IMG/VR virus record: IMGVR_UViG_2932588108_000002
Span: 26,603-90,602 of that record
Length of the DNA stretch: 64,000 nt
Reading direction: 5' to 3' (one strand)
DNA from: a virus
Lineage: Duplodnaviria > Caudoviricetes
In this document: one piece after another, positions 29,447-38,500 of the stretch
Numbering within the stretch: the first letter of the stretch is position 1
How the letters are laid out: every line of letters starts with the position of its first letter
Notes under the pieces: generated by a model
Told to the model about the DNA's origin: nothing
The model's database searches: none
Seen by the model: only the letters and a program-made list of their open reading frames with translations
Translations under genes and position numbers: made by a program

Positions 29447-30675
29447 ACGCGCACACAGTGAACAGGCAAACCTGGGTCCGCTACGGCCAGATGCAGCTCG
29501 ATCGCGGATACATGCCACCAGTTCCCGACCGACTGAAGTGGGGGTTCTGGGACGGTGTAGGACCAGGTGCTGACGTGCTCGGGCCGCTTCGCGGAAAACG
29601 AGTGCTGGCCTTCGGATCAGGCCCCGGACACCAGGCCGTGCACGTGGCACGTGATCACGGCGCCCTCGTCGATGCAGTTGAGCTGTCGCCGACCCAGCAT
29701 CGACGAGCGGTCCAGCACTTCAGCCAAGTGCCCGGCGTGCGGTTCTTCAACGCCGACGTCGTTGAACATCTCCGCACCGCCGAGGCGTACGACGCGGCGT
29801 ACGCGATTGGGACTCTCGCGTGCAACGACCCGCACTACCTCCTGCCGGCGCTCAGGGACGGGCTCGGAGACGGCGCTCGACTGGTCTTCTCGGCCCTACA
29901 CACCAACCTCCATGGGCACGGACCTTCCTCCGGGGTAGCGCCCCGCGAGGAGACGATCCGCATCATCGGTCAGGAGCCGATCCCGGTGCAGATGTGGGTG
30001 CTGACGCCGCAGCTGTGGGAGGACCTGCTGGTCGACTACGGGTTCCGCGTGGAGGATAACGAGCTGCTCCGCGCTCCCGAGGCCGACAACCCCGTGGTTG
30101 TGCAGCTCATTCGCGCCCGCCGCCTGCCGGACCGCCCCAGACGTATTACGAGTCGGCCGCGCACCAAGCGCCCTCCGATCCCTCATGCAGCGGTCGGCGT
30201 AGGCGCCATCGTGCTCGGTGAACAGGGCCTGCTGCTGGGCCGTCACCGCCGCGGAACGATCGAGTTGCCCGGCGGGACCGTGGAGACGCGCGACGGCTCT
30301 CTACAGGATGCGGTGGTACGCGAACTCAAGGAAGAGACTGGCCTGGTGGCCCGCTCTGAGGACGTTGTCCTTCTGGGCACGCTCGTCGACCACGTTGGCG
30401 ACGTGGTGCGCGTCACCGTCGGTGCCGTCGTCACAGCCTGGCAGGGGCAGCCCTCCACACAACCAGACGAGAGCGTGGGCAACTGGGACTGGTGGCCCCT
30501 CGACCAACTGCCTCAGCAAGATCTGTTCGAGTGCAGTGCCCAGATCCTCGCCGCCTGGCGCCCCGGCCTACCCATCGACGATACCCCCGCCCACTTCACC
30601 CCCTACGCCCGTGAACCGGAAACGGCGTCGGAACCGGGAGACAGAAACGCCCGAACGCGAGAGAAGGCGCCTTGA
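29443..30675 (+). CDS. Class I SAM methyltransferase-NUDIX hydrolase fusion
   Basis: GKRVLAFGSGPG (degenerate motif I) and Nudix box ELPGGTVE...AVVRELKEETG. Confidence 0.85.
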   Translation: MNAHTVNRQTWVRYGQMQLDRGYMPPVPDRLKWGFWDGVGPGADVLGPLRGKRVLAFGSGPGHQAVHVARDHGALVDAVELSPTQHRRAVQHFSQVPGVRFFNADVVEHLRTAEAYDAAYAIGTLACNDPHYLLPALRDGLGDGARLVFSALHTNLHGHGPSSGVAPREETIRIIGQEPIPVQMWVLTPQLWEDLLVDYGFRVEDNELLRAPEADNPVVVQLIRARRLPDRPRRITSRPRTKRPPIPHAAVGVGAIVLGEQGLLLGRHRRGTIELPGGTVETRDGSLQDAVVRELKEETGLVARSEDVVLLGTLVDHVGDVVRVTVGAVVTAWQGQPSTQPDESVGNWDWWPLDQLPQQDLFECSAQILAAWRPGLPIDDTPAHFTPYAREPETASEPGDRNARTREKAP

Positions 30676-30773
30676 TCCAAGCCGAGCTGAGGGCGTTGTA
30701 GGGCGCCAATCGACCGCCGCTGATGAGCGGTCGGTGTAACAGATCACCGCCCGCCGACGTTCCGCGCTGTGAA

Positions 30774-30798
30774 CGGGTTGACCGCTTAAGTCAACCCG
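30774..30798. promoter_or_regulatory. Inverted repeat at the start of the phage head region (operator-like)
   Basis: CGGGTTGAC-cgcttaa-GTCAACCCG, 20 nt before the start at 30818. Confidence 0.45.
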
Positions 30799-30817
30799 GC
30801 AGTGATCCGGAGGAACG

Positions 30818-31339
30818 GTGACGATCGCGACAGCCCCCCATTCGCTCGAGACTGGCCGCTCTCACCTGCAGGAGAGCCTGTTCTCCTGGCTCGTGCCCGA
30901 GGGGCCCCCCGTGCCGACCCCGGCCCCAAGCTCGACGCCAGAACCCGAGCAGAAGGCCGCTCCCCGTCCAGAGCCACCGGCCGCCAAGGGAGAGGCACCC
31001 GACCTCTCCCACGTCTGGGTAGTCGCCGCGGAAGTCGAGGTCACCCCGAAGATCGCCAAGACGGCCGACTGCCGCGGCAGCTTCAAGGCCACTGAAGGGC
31101 AGCGCATCGATGCGCTCGAGGTCTACTGCAAGGGCTGCCGACGCCCCTACGACGAAGTCACCGGCCAGGACTGCGCAGCGAAGATCGACAACCGGCATCT
31201 GATCGGCGGTGACCAGAGCACCCGCGCGAAGCGGAAGATCCCGGTACCGCCGAAGAACGCCCGCGTCGTCCCTGGCGGCACCATCCAGCGCCGCGGCATC
31301 GGCGCCTACATGTCCGGGGTGTCGCGGCCCGCTCGCTGA
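30818..31339 (+). CDS. Hypothetical phage protein with CxxC
   Basis: GGAGG RBS; YCKGCRRPY...DC. Confidence 0.7.
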   Translation: MTIATAPHSLETGRSHLQESLFSWLVPEGPPVPTPAPSSTPEPEQKAAPRPEPPAAKGEAPDLSHVWVVAAEVEVTPKIAKTADCRGSFKATEGQRIDALEVYCKGCRRPYDEVTGQDCAAKIDNRHLIGGDQSTRAKRKIPVPPKNARVVPGGTIQRRGIGAYMSGVSRPAR

Positions 31340-31343
31340 CCGC

Positions 31344-31373
31344 GCGACACTAACGCCGCCCGCTGTTCATGGT
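31344..31373 (+). promoter_or_regulatory. Putative late promoter GCGAC-N19-CATGGT
   Basis: One of 6-7 identically spaced copies; 7 nt before GTG 31381. Confidence 0.6.
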
Positions 31374-31380
31374 GCGCGGC

Positions 31381-31764
31381 GTGACTACTCAGCAACCTCA
31401 GCCGTCGAACGACGACCCGACCGGCATCACTGGGTCGGTGCTTCCCGACGCGAAGATCGGCCGGGAGGCCTTCGGGCTTCTCCTGCTCTCGTTCGGTGTG
31501 CTCGGCGGCCTCGGTGCGCTGGGCGCCCTGCATTGGGCCGCGGGCCTGTCCGCCGCCCTCGTCGGACTGTGCGCCAGTGGTGTCGCCGTCCGCCGCAACT
31601 CCAAGCAGCGATGGCAGCAAGACGTCGGCGCCATGGCCGCATTCACGGCCTACGCGGGGCAGACCGCCCTCCTGTTCTATCTGCTGGCGCCGCTGGGATG
31701 GCTGGCAGCCAGCCTCCTCGCCGTCGCCGCTGGTCTGCGGCTGTCCAGCGATGAGGGGGCCTGA
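31381..31764 (+). CDS. Multi-pass membrane protein upstream of portal
   Basis: About four hydrophobic segments; TGATG overlap with portal start. Confidence 0.7.
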   Translation: MTTQQPQPSNDDPTGITGSVLPDAKIGREAFGLLLLSFGVLGGLGALGALHWAAGLSAALVGLCASGVAVRRNSKQRWQQDVGAMAAFTAYAGQTALLFYLLAPLGWLAASLLAVAAGLRLSSDEGA

Positions 31765-34226
31765 TGCCCCGCCAACTCTTCCCCGGCCTCCGCGGCCTCC
31801 TCGTCCCGCGGACCGCTGCGCCTCCTCCGCCCACGGAGACGAAGGATCTCCTGGCGGGCAACGCGTACGTGTCGATGACGTACGCCGGCGTCACGAACGT
31901 GTGGGGCACCCCTGGCCGCGCGGACGGCTGGGACCTCGAGCGCGTCATCATCGAGGGCTACGAACGCAGCATCTGGACCTTCAAGTCCATCGAGGCGATC
32001 AGCAAGCACGCCAGTACCCTGCCGATCCAGATAGGCCGGGGAGGCGACGAACGGCGCTTCGAGGAGACCCTCGATGACCACCCGCTCCTTCGCCTGCTGA
32101 ACAAGAAGGCCAACCCGCTAGAGACCGCCGATGTCTTCAAGAAGCGGCTGAGCGCGCAGCTTCTTCTGTCGAAAAAGGGCGTGTTCATCGAGAAGACCTA
32201 CAGCCGCGGCGGCACCCTCACCCGGCTCGATCTTCTGCCACCGGACCGCGTCCAGATCATCCCGGACGACGAGAACGCCGACTACATCAAGCACTTCGAG
32301 TTCACGGACTACAGCGGCCGTGTCCGGGAACTGCTGCCCAAGCACGTCATCTGGATCAGGGACCCCCACCCCACCGACCCCTTCTGCGGCGTCACTCCGC
32401 TCGAGGCCGCGGGCCTGTCCATCGACCTGGACGTCAAGGCCCGCACGTACAACATCTCATTTATTGACAATGACGGCAGACCGGGCGGCATCGTCGGTAT
32501 CGATCTGGACGGCGTCGACCCGCGCGAAGTCGACCGCATCCAGAAGCGCCTGGCCCCCGGCGCGCACCACGCCGGGCAGCTCACCCTCGTCGGTACCGGC
32601 CCCGGCGGCGTCACATACGTGGACACCTCCGCACGGCCGCGCGAGATGGCGTACGAGACGCTGGCCGGCATCTCCAAGGGCGAGATCCTGGCCGCGTTCG
32701 GCGTGCCCGAGAGCATCGTCGGTAACGCATCCGAGCGGACGTACGCCAACGCTGACCGGGAAGACTGGAACTTCTGGGACCACACCGAACTGCCCCACCT
32801 CAACCTGGTGACCTCCGGCTTCGACCCTGAGCTGGATGACGGCTGGACCGTCCGGTACGACACCTCCCGCGTCCAGGCCCTCGAGTTCCCCCGGCGCCAG
32901 GCCCGGCAGGAAGCCCGCGAGGAGTTCGACAAGGGCCTCATCACCATCGACGAGTACCGGGAGATCGCGGGCCGGGAAGCCTTCAACGTCCCGCAGTCCC
33001 GTGCCCTGTGGATCAGCCCGCAGAAGGCGCCCATACCCGCCAACCCGCAGGACGCTGCGGCCCTCGGCCTCGGCCCCGACCCGGCCGCCGGCGGAACTCC
33101 CGGCGCGGCGCCCACCGGCGTCCCGCTCCCCCAGGGCGCGGCTCCGGAAGACTCCGCGGCCGCGGACGTGGCAGCCGCGCGCGCCATCGAGCCCGGTCAG
33201 GACGCGGCGGCCGCCGTCGCCGCGGCACGAGCGCAGGCCCCCCTCGCACTGCCCGCCGGCACCACGGGCACCGCCGCCGACGCCGTCGCCTCAGCCCGCG
33301 CCACCAACACCGCCACCACCCCGGGCGATGCAGCCGCCGACGTCGACCGCGCCCGGAGCGCACAAGAGCAGACCCAGCCCGGCGATGCCGCCGAGGACGT
33401 CGACGCCGTCCGCGCCAAGGTCGAGAGCAAGGCCCTCCCCCAGGACGACGGATACGAAGTCACAGACGACGACTTCGACGCCCTCTCCTCTGCCGTGAGC
33501 GCGGCCCTCACCGCGCTACTGGCACGCCAGGAAGGCGTCATACTCGCCCGGCTCCGTGCGCCGAAGATCCGTAAGTACACGCGCTACTGGGAGCCACAGG
33601 ACGCCAACGACGCCCGGCACGTCGACGCGAACCTCGACCAAGACCGCGTCGTCAGCGCCGCCCGCTGGGCCGAGGAAACCACCAACACACTCGCCTCGAT
33701 CCTGCAGCAAGCCGCGGCCACGACCGCCCGCAAGGTGGGACAGAGCCTGACCGGCACTGACGCCGTTCCCCCTGCCGCGGCCGCGGCCGCACTGGTCTCC
33801 GCGGCGTACGCCGGTGAGGCAATCACCGCGATGCTCCGCGACCTCGCCACCCTCCTGTTCGACGCGCAGCACGGAGCTGTCGAACTCAGCGACCTCGAGA
33901 ACAAGATCACGTGGTTCTACCAGTCAGAGGCGCCCGCCACCGTCGCCCGGATTGCCGAGATGTGCGCCGTCTCGACCATCAACGGCGCAGCAGACGCCGC
34001 CGCCGAACAGGCCGGTCCCGGCGTCGTCCGAACCTGGATCACCCGCGGAGACGACCGCGTACGACCCGCACACAAGGCGCTGAACGGCAAGACACTCCCC
34101 GTCGGCACCCCGTACACCGTCGACGGCTCCAGCCTCCGCTACCCCGGCGACCCATTCGCGCCGATCGCCCTGACGATCAACTGCCGATGCCGCCTCCACT
34201 ACGCAACCGCCGAGGAGGCGAACTGA
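31764..34226 (+). CDS. Phage portal protein fused to MuF/minor head morphogenesis domain
   Basis: HPLLRLLNKKANP, LDLLPPDRV, GVTPLEAA, NDGRPGGIV, ILAAFGVP...TYAN, GLITIDEYRE; C-terminal TWITRGDDRVRPAH...YPGDP...INCRC. Confidence 0.9.
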   Translation: MPRQLFPGLRGLLVPRTAAPPPPTETKDLLAGNAYVSMTYAGVTNVWGTPGRADGWDLERVIIEGYERSIWTFKSIEAISKHASTLPIQIGRGGDERRFEETLDDHPLLRLLNKKANPLETADVFKKRLSAQLLLSKKGVFIEKTYSRGGTLTRLDLLPPDRVQIIPDDENADYIKHFEFTDYSGRVRELLPKHVIWIRDPHPTDPFCGVTPLEAAGLSIDLDVKARTYNISFIDNDGRPGGIVGIDLDGVDPREVDRIQKRLAPGAHHAGQLTLVGTGPGGVTYVDTSARPREMAYETLAGISKGEILAAFGVPESIVGNASERTYANADREDWNFWDHTELPHLNLVTSGFDPELDDGWTVRYDTSRVQALEFPRRQARQEAREEFDKGLITIDEYREIAGREAFNVPQSRALWISPQKAPIPANPQDAAALGLGPDPAAGGTPGAAPTGVPLPQGAAPEDSAAADVAAARAIEPGQDAAAAVAAARAQAPLALPAGTTGTAADAVASARATNTATTPGDAAADVDRARSAQEQTQPGDAAEDVDAVRAKVESKALPQDDGYEVTDDDFDALSSAVSAALTALLARQEGVILARLRAPKIRKYTRYWEPQDANDARHVDANLDQDRVVSAARWAEETTNTLASILQQAAATTARKVGQSLTGTDAVPPAAAAAALVSAAYAGEAITAMLRDLATLLFDAQHGAVELSDLENKITWFYQSEAPATVARIAEMCAVSTINGAADAAAEQAGPGVVRTWITRGDDRVRPAHKALNGKTLPVGTPYTVDGSSLRYPGDPFAPIALTINCRCRLHYATAEEAN

Positions 34227-34227
34227 C

Positions 34228-34581
34228 GTGAACACCTACCCCGCCACGCTCGTGCACGTAGTCGACGGCGACACCCTCGACCTCGACATAGACCTCGGCT
34301 TCACCATCCGCACACGCCAACGCGTCCGCCTGGTGGGCTTGAACACCCCCGAGAAGAACACCGACGAGGGCAAAGCAGCGAAAGCCTGGGTCACCGACTG
34401 GCTCGCTCAACATGGCCCCGGCCTCGTCGTTGAGACACACCGCCGCGAAAAGTACGGCCGATGGCTCGCCACCATCACGTCCCCCGACGGCGCATGCCTG
34501 AACACCGACCTGATCGACACCGGCCACGCCGCCCCGTACGACGGCCACGGCCCCCGCCCCCTCCCAGAACCGAAGGAGTAG
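34228..34581 (+). CDS. Thermonuclease (SNase-like) protein
   Basis: VVDGDTLDLDIDLGF, VRLVGLNTPE, EKYGRWLA. Confidence 0.88.
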   Translation: MNTYPATLVHVVDGDTLDLDIDLGFTIRTRQRVRLVGLNTPEKNTDEGKAAKAWVTDWLAQHGPGLVVETHRREKYGRWLATITSPDGACLNTDLIDTGHAAPYDGHGPRPLPEPKE

Positions 34582-34586
34582 CCGCC

Positions 34587-34799
34587 ATGTGGGCCGCCAT
34601 TTGGATCGCCTGGACCGCCGCCTTTGCCCTGGCCGAGGGCATCGCCCTGGCCAACAAGCGCGATGAGGACACCCTGTCGGAGAACGTCCGCCGCCTGTTC
34701 CGCACCCGCACCAGCAGAGTCGGCCGAGCCATATTCGCCGCCACATGGTTCGGATTCAGCGGCTGGTTCGCCCTGCACATCCTCACCGAGACCATGTGA
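34587..34799 (+). CDS. Small two-TM membrane protein
   Basis: MWAAIWIAW...DTLSENVRRLF...WFALHIL; AAGGAG RBS. Confidence 0.7.
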   Translation: MWAAIWIAWTAAFALAEGIALANKRDEDTLSENVRRLFRTRTSRVGRAIFAATWFGFSGWFALHILTETM

Positions 34800-34963
34800 G
34801 ATGTAGCTGGGTTACCGACACCGCTTGCGCAGCGCGGGAAGCCACCTGCCGCAGTAGTGCGAATACTCATGCTGCAGGGAGGGCCATGCGGCTCAGCGGT
34901 TTCGACCGCAAGCCTCCTCGCTCATGCCCTTGGGACCACTTACACCGGATCATCACCCAAGAG

Positions 34964-35461
34964 TTACGAGTGGCCCCTTCCTGTGCGCAGGCGGACATAG
35001 CGGCGCTCGCCGGTTGGGCCCACGTAGGTGTAGACAGCGGCAAGTTGCTCCATGTTGCGGCGGCGTCGCAGGGGTTGCTCCTCAACGTTGGGCCGATAAC
35101 GACGGCGCAGGGCGGGCGATATCGCCTCAGCGATGGTGCGGGCGGCGAGACGTCGCTCTTCCTCGAGCGCTGCGGCCTCTGCCGCCTCGCCTCCTGATGC
35201 CGCGATTTCCTGCCGCCCCTTCCTGGGCTTCGGAGGCTCCGGAACGAAGACCCACTGTGCTGGCTTAGCCCGGTCGGCAGCGGGCGAATCACGCTTCGAG
35301 GAATACCGCACCGCCCGCCTCTGCGAGGGCGTAGTAATCGCCTCTTCCGCATCCCATCCGTCGTACATGCGACGGCGGAGGACTTCCCGCTGCACCACAC
35401 AGCGGTCGTCGCGCGCCCACTCTGCGGCGGTCTTTGTCTCTCCGAACGCACGGATGGCCAT
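34964..35461 (-). CDS. Hypothetical protein with a homing-endonuclease-type DNA-binding module
   Basis: FGETKTAAEWA...LRRRMYDGWDAEEAITTP resembles the HTH module appended to phage HNH endonucleases; GGGGAGG RBS. Confidence 0.55.
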   Translation of the reverse strand: MAIRAFGETKTAAEWARDDRCVVQREVLRRRMYDGWDAEEAITTPSQRRAVRYSSKRDSPAADRAKPAQWVFVPEPPKPRKGRQEIAASGGEAAEAAALEEERRLAARTIAEAISPALRRRYRPNVEEQPLRRRRNMEQLAAVYTYVGPTGERRYVRLRTGRGHS

Positions 35462-35554
35462 GTCCAGCCTCCCCTTGACCGGAACGAATGCCGGGGAGTC
35501 TACCCAAGGCCCCACCGGACAATGCGGGTTTACGGACCCCGGGAAAACCAGCGC

Positions 35555-35584
35555 GCGACGCTACGCACCCGCGCTCTGCATGGT
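35555..35584 (+). promoter_or_regulatory. Putative late promoter GCGAC-N19-CATGGT
   Basis: 7 nt before ATG 35592, no SD sequence. Confidence 0.6.
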
Positions 35585-35591
35585 CCGCGGC

Positions 35592-38500
35592 ATGCTGAAT
35601 CGCCCCACTGCACAGGCTGAGTCGCAGGACCTGAATCGCGACCTCGAGGTCAAGGTCACGCGTCGGCCGTGGAACCCTGCCCTGCACCCCCGCGACAGCA
35701 AGGGCCGCTTCATCGAGACGGGTGGAACGGTCAGGCTCTGGGGCGGCAAGCTCGCGCGCGTCGTGCGCGCCCTTCCGCACGACCGCGTCCTCGTCCAGGA
35801 CCAGAGCGGCCCCAACGAGTTCCGGGGACGCCGGCACACCACGAGTGCCAAGTGGGTGACGATGGTCGCCCGTCCCGACGGCACCGCGCCCACCGAGGAC
35901 GAGAACAAGGTCGTCGCCGAGGACGAGCGTCGACACAAGGACCCGCGCCGCGGCAACGGCGTCGCCCGGGACGACGATGGCGACCCTGACACCCCCAACG
36001 ACCCCCACGACGTCGACGACCAGGGCCGCCCGATCGGGGACGACGAGGGCGACGGCCCGCACGACGAGGACGACCAGGACGAGCCGGAAGACGGCGCCCA
36101 CCCCGTCAACCTCGACGCGCTTCCCAACCAGCAGAACGCCGCCGGAGCCCGGTACGCCGACACCGCGGCCGTCCGGCGGCACTTCACGAAGCTTGCCGAA
36201 CAGCCCGGCACCAAGCCGGAGATGGGCACCTTCCTGCGCTCGGTCGCCCACGACGACGACCTGCGGGTGACCCCGAACGGCCGCTTCGCGATCCTCCGCG
36301 ACGACAACGGCCGCTGGTACCTCACGGCCACCGGCACCGGACAGCGCATGGACGGCGCCGGCGACTTCGACACCCCGCAGGACGCCGCCCGGTTCGCCAA
36401 ACACCTCGACAAGACCGCCGTCAACGGCCGACTCACCCAGTTCAACCAGCCGTTCGACTTCTCCGACCCGCAACTGGACCGCGCCGCCCGCGACTGGCGC
36501 TCCACCAAGGGCGAGAACATCCAGGGCGCCATCATCCGCGCCCGCAAGGAGTTCGACGCCACCCCGGCGCCCGCGGCCGCGCCGAGGGCCCCCGCGGACA
36601 GCCCGGCCGACGGCAACGGACAGCGCTTCAGCACGCTCCAGGCCGTTCGCGCCCACTGGCAGCAGCGCCTCGACCAGATCAACGACATGGGCCCGGACAG
36701 CCTCCGAGAGCAGCGCGCCGCGCGGCACCTCGAAGGACTGATCAGCAACGACCGGATCAAGCTCGTCGGCCATGGCCAGTTCGTCGTCGGCCAGGACCAG
36801 AACGGGGAGTGGTACCTGGTCGCTACCGGCAGCGGCCTGCCGCTCCGCCGTCGGTGGACTTCCCAGCGGGACGCGCAGGCGTTCGCCCAGTCCTTCACCG
36901 AGAACGCCCCCATGGGAGACGACGGTAAGCCGCTGGACCTGTCGGACCCCAACACCCGCATCGCGACGTGGCGGTCCAACGACAACCGTTCGATCAGCGA
37001 AGTCATCGACGCAGCCGCCGAAAAGTTCCAGCGCGGCAACGCCGCGGAGGGAGCACCGGCCGCCAACCCGGCGCCGACCGCCGCCCCGGAAACACCCGCC
37101 GCTCCACAGGCACCGGAGACCCCGGAGGTGCCGCAGGCGCCCGCGCTGCCGGGCAACGCCGAGCCCGTCGACGGTGTCGACGGCTACCACTACGTCAACC
37201 ACGGCGGCGCGATCACCCTGTACGGCCCCGACGGGCAGGTCGCCGCCACCAGCGAGCGCGGCTACCCGCCGAAGGTCACCATCGACGGCGTCGTTGTCCC
37301 CGTCCCGCAGTACCCCCCGCAGGGCGCCCAGGTCATGGCCCGCCTCCACCTCGCCGCGCAGAACCCGCAGAAGCGGGACCGCGTCACCGCGGCGTGGGTG
37401 ATGAAGCCGGGCAAGAACGGCCAGCCCGCCAAGCGCGTCATGGTGTTCCGCGGCACCATCAAGGGCGACCAGCGGGACTACGACGCGATCGGCTCCACCA
37501 AAGCCATCAAGTGGGCACCCACGATGGGCCCGGTCGGCTCCTGGCAGACCCAGGCGAACATGACGGACGCCACCCGGGACGAACGCATCTCGGAGGTTCT
37601 GGCCAAGCTCGCCCGCCAGGGCCGCAACGTCCACGTCACCGACGAGACCACCCAGGGCACCCCCGACGCCCCCGGGGACGGAGGCGACGAGACCGCCGCG
37701 CTGCGCCGCGAGATCAGCGACGCCACCGACCCCCAGCTCGACCGCATGAAGAACGAGCGGTACGCGAAGTACCGCACCTCCCGTTCGGAAGCCAACCGTC
37801 GGCGCATCAACCAAGAGATCGACCTGATCACGGAGGAGCAGAAGCGCCGCCGGCAGGAGCGGGACGAGGCCGCCATCCGTGACGCCTCGCAGCTCAGTGA
37901 CGCCGACATTGAGGCCCGGGTCAAGGAGTCGCAGCAGGAGCGCGGCATGTACGGCTCCCGCCGGGGCGAGCCTGCGAACGACGTCGAGCGCGCCATCTAC
38001 CACGAGCGGCGCCGCCGCTCGCAGGCACTGGCCGACGACAACACCGACCTGACCACGATGGCCGAGGAGGACCTCGCCAAGGCCCGCGACGACGTCGCCC
38101 ACCGGGTCACCCTGCACCAGGCCGCCGGCGACGACCACGAGGCCGAGCAGACCGTACGCGCCGCCCTGCAGAAGCGGCACGACGCGATCGTCGGCGAGCA
38201 GCAGCGGCGCCGCGCCGAGCAGATCGCCGACCGGCCGCCGGTCGCTGACCTCACCGACGACGAACTGTCCGAGGAGTACAACGAACTCATTCGGCGGGAC
38301 TTCCGCAAGGCATCCCCGGAGGCTCAGCGAGTCCTCGAAGGCCGCCTGGAGGACATCAAGCAGGAGCGGCGCGAGCGGGAGAAGCGGGCCATCACGGACC
38401 GGGACACCCCCGACGCCGTCGACTCCAAGAAGCTGCTCGACGAATACACCGAGCTGCGCCGCGGCCGCTCGTCCTACGAGGCGGACGACGTCAAGGCCGC

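Noticed and set aside
35133-35591. N-terminal extension of the giant ORF in the track
   Set aside because: Overlaps the minus-strand gene 34964..35461, lacks codon bias, and the promoter motif points to ATG 35592.
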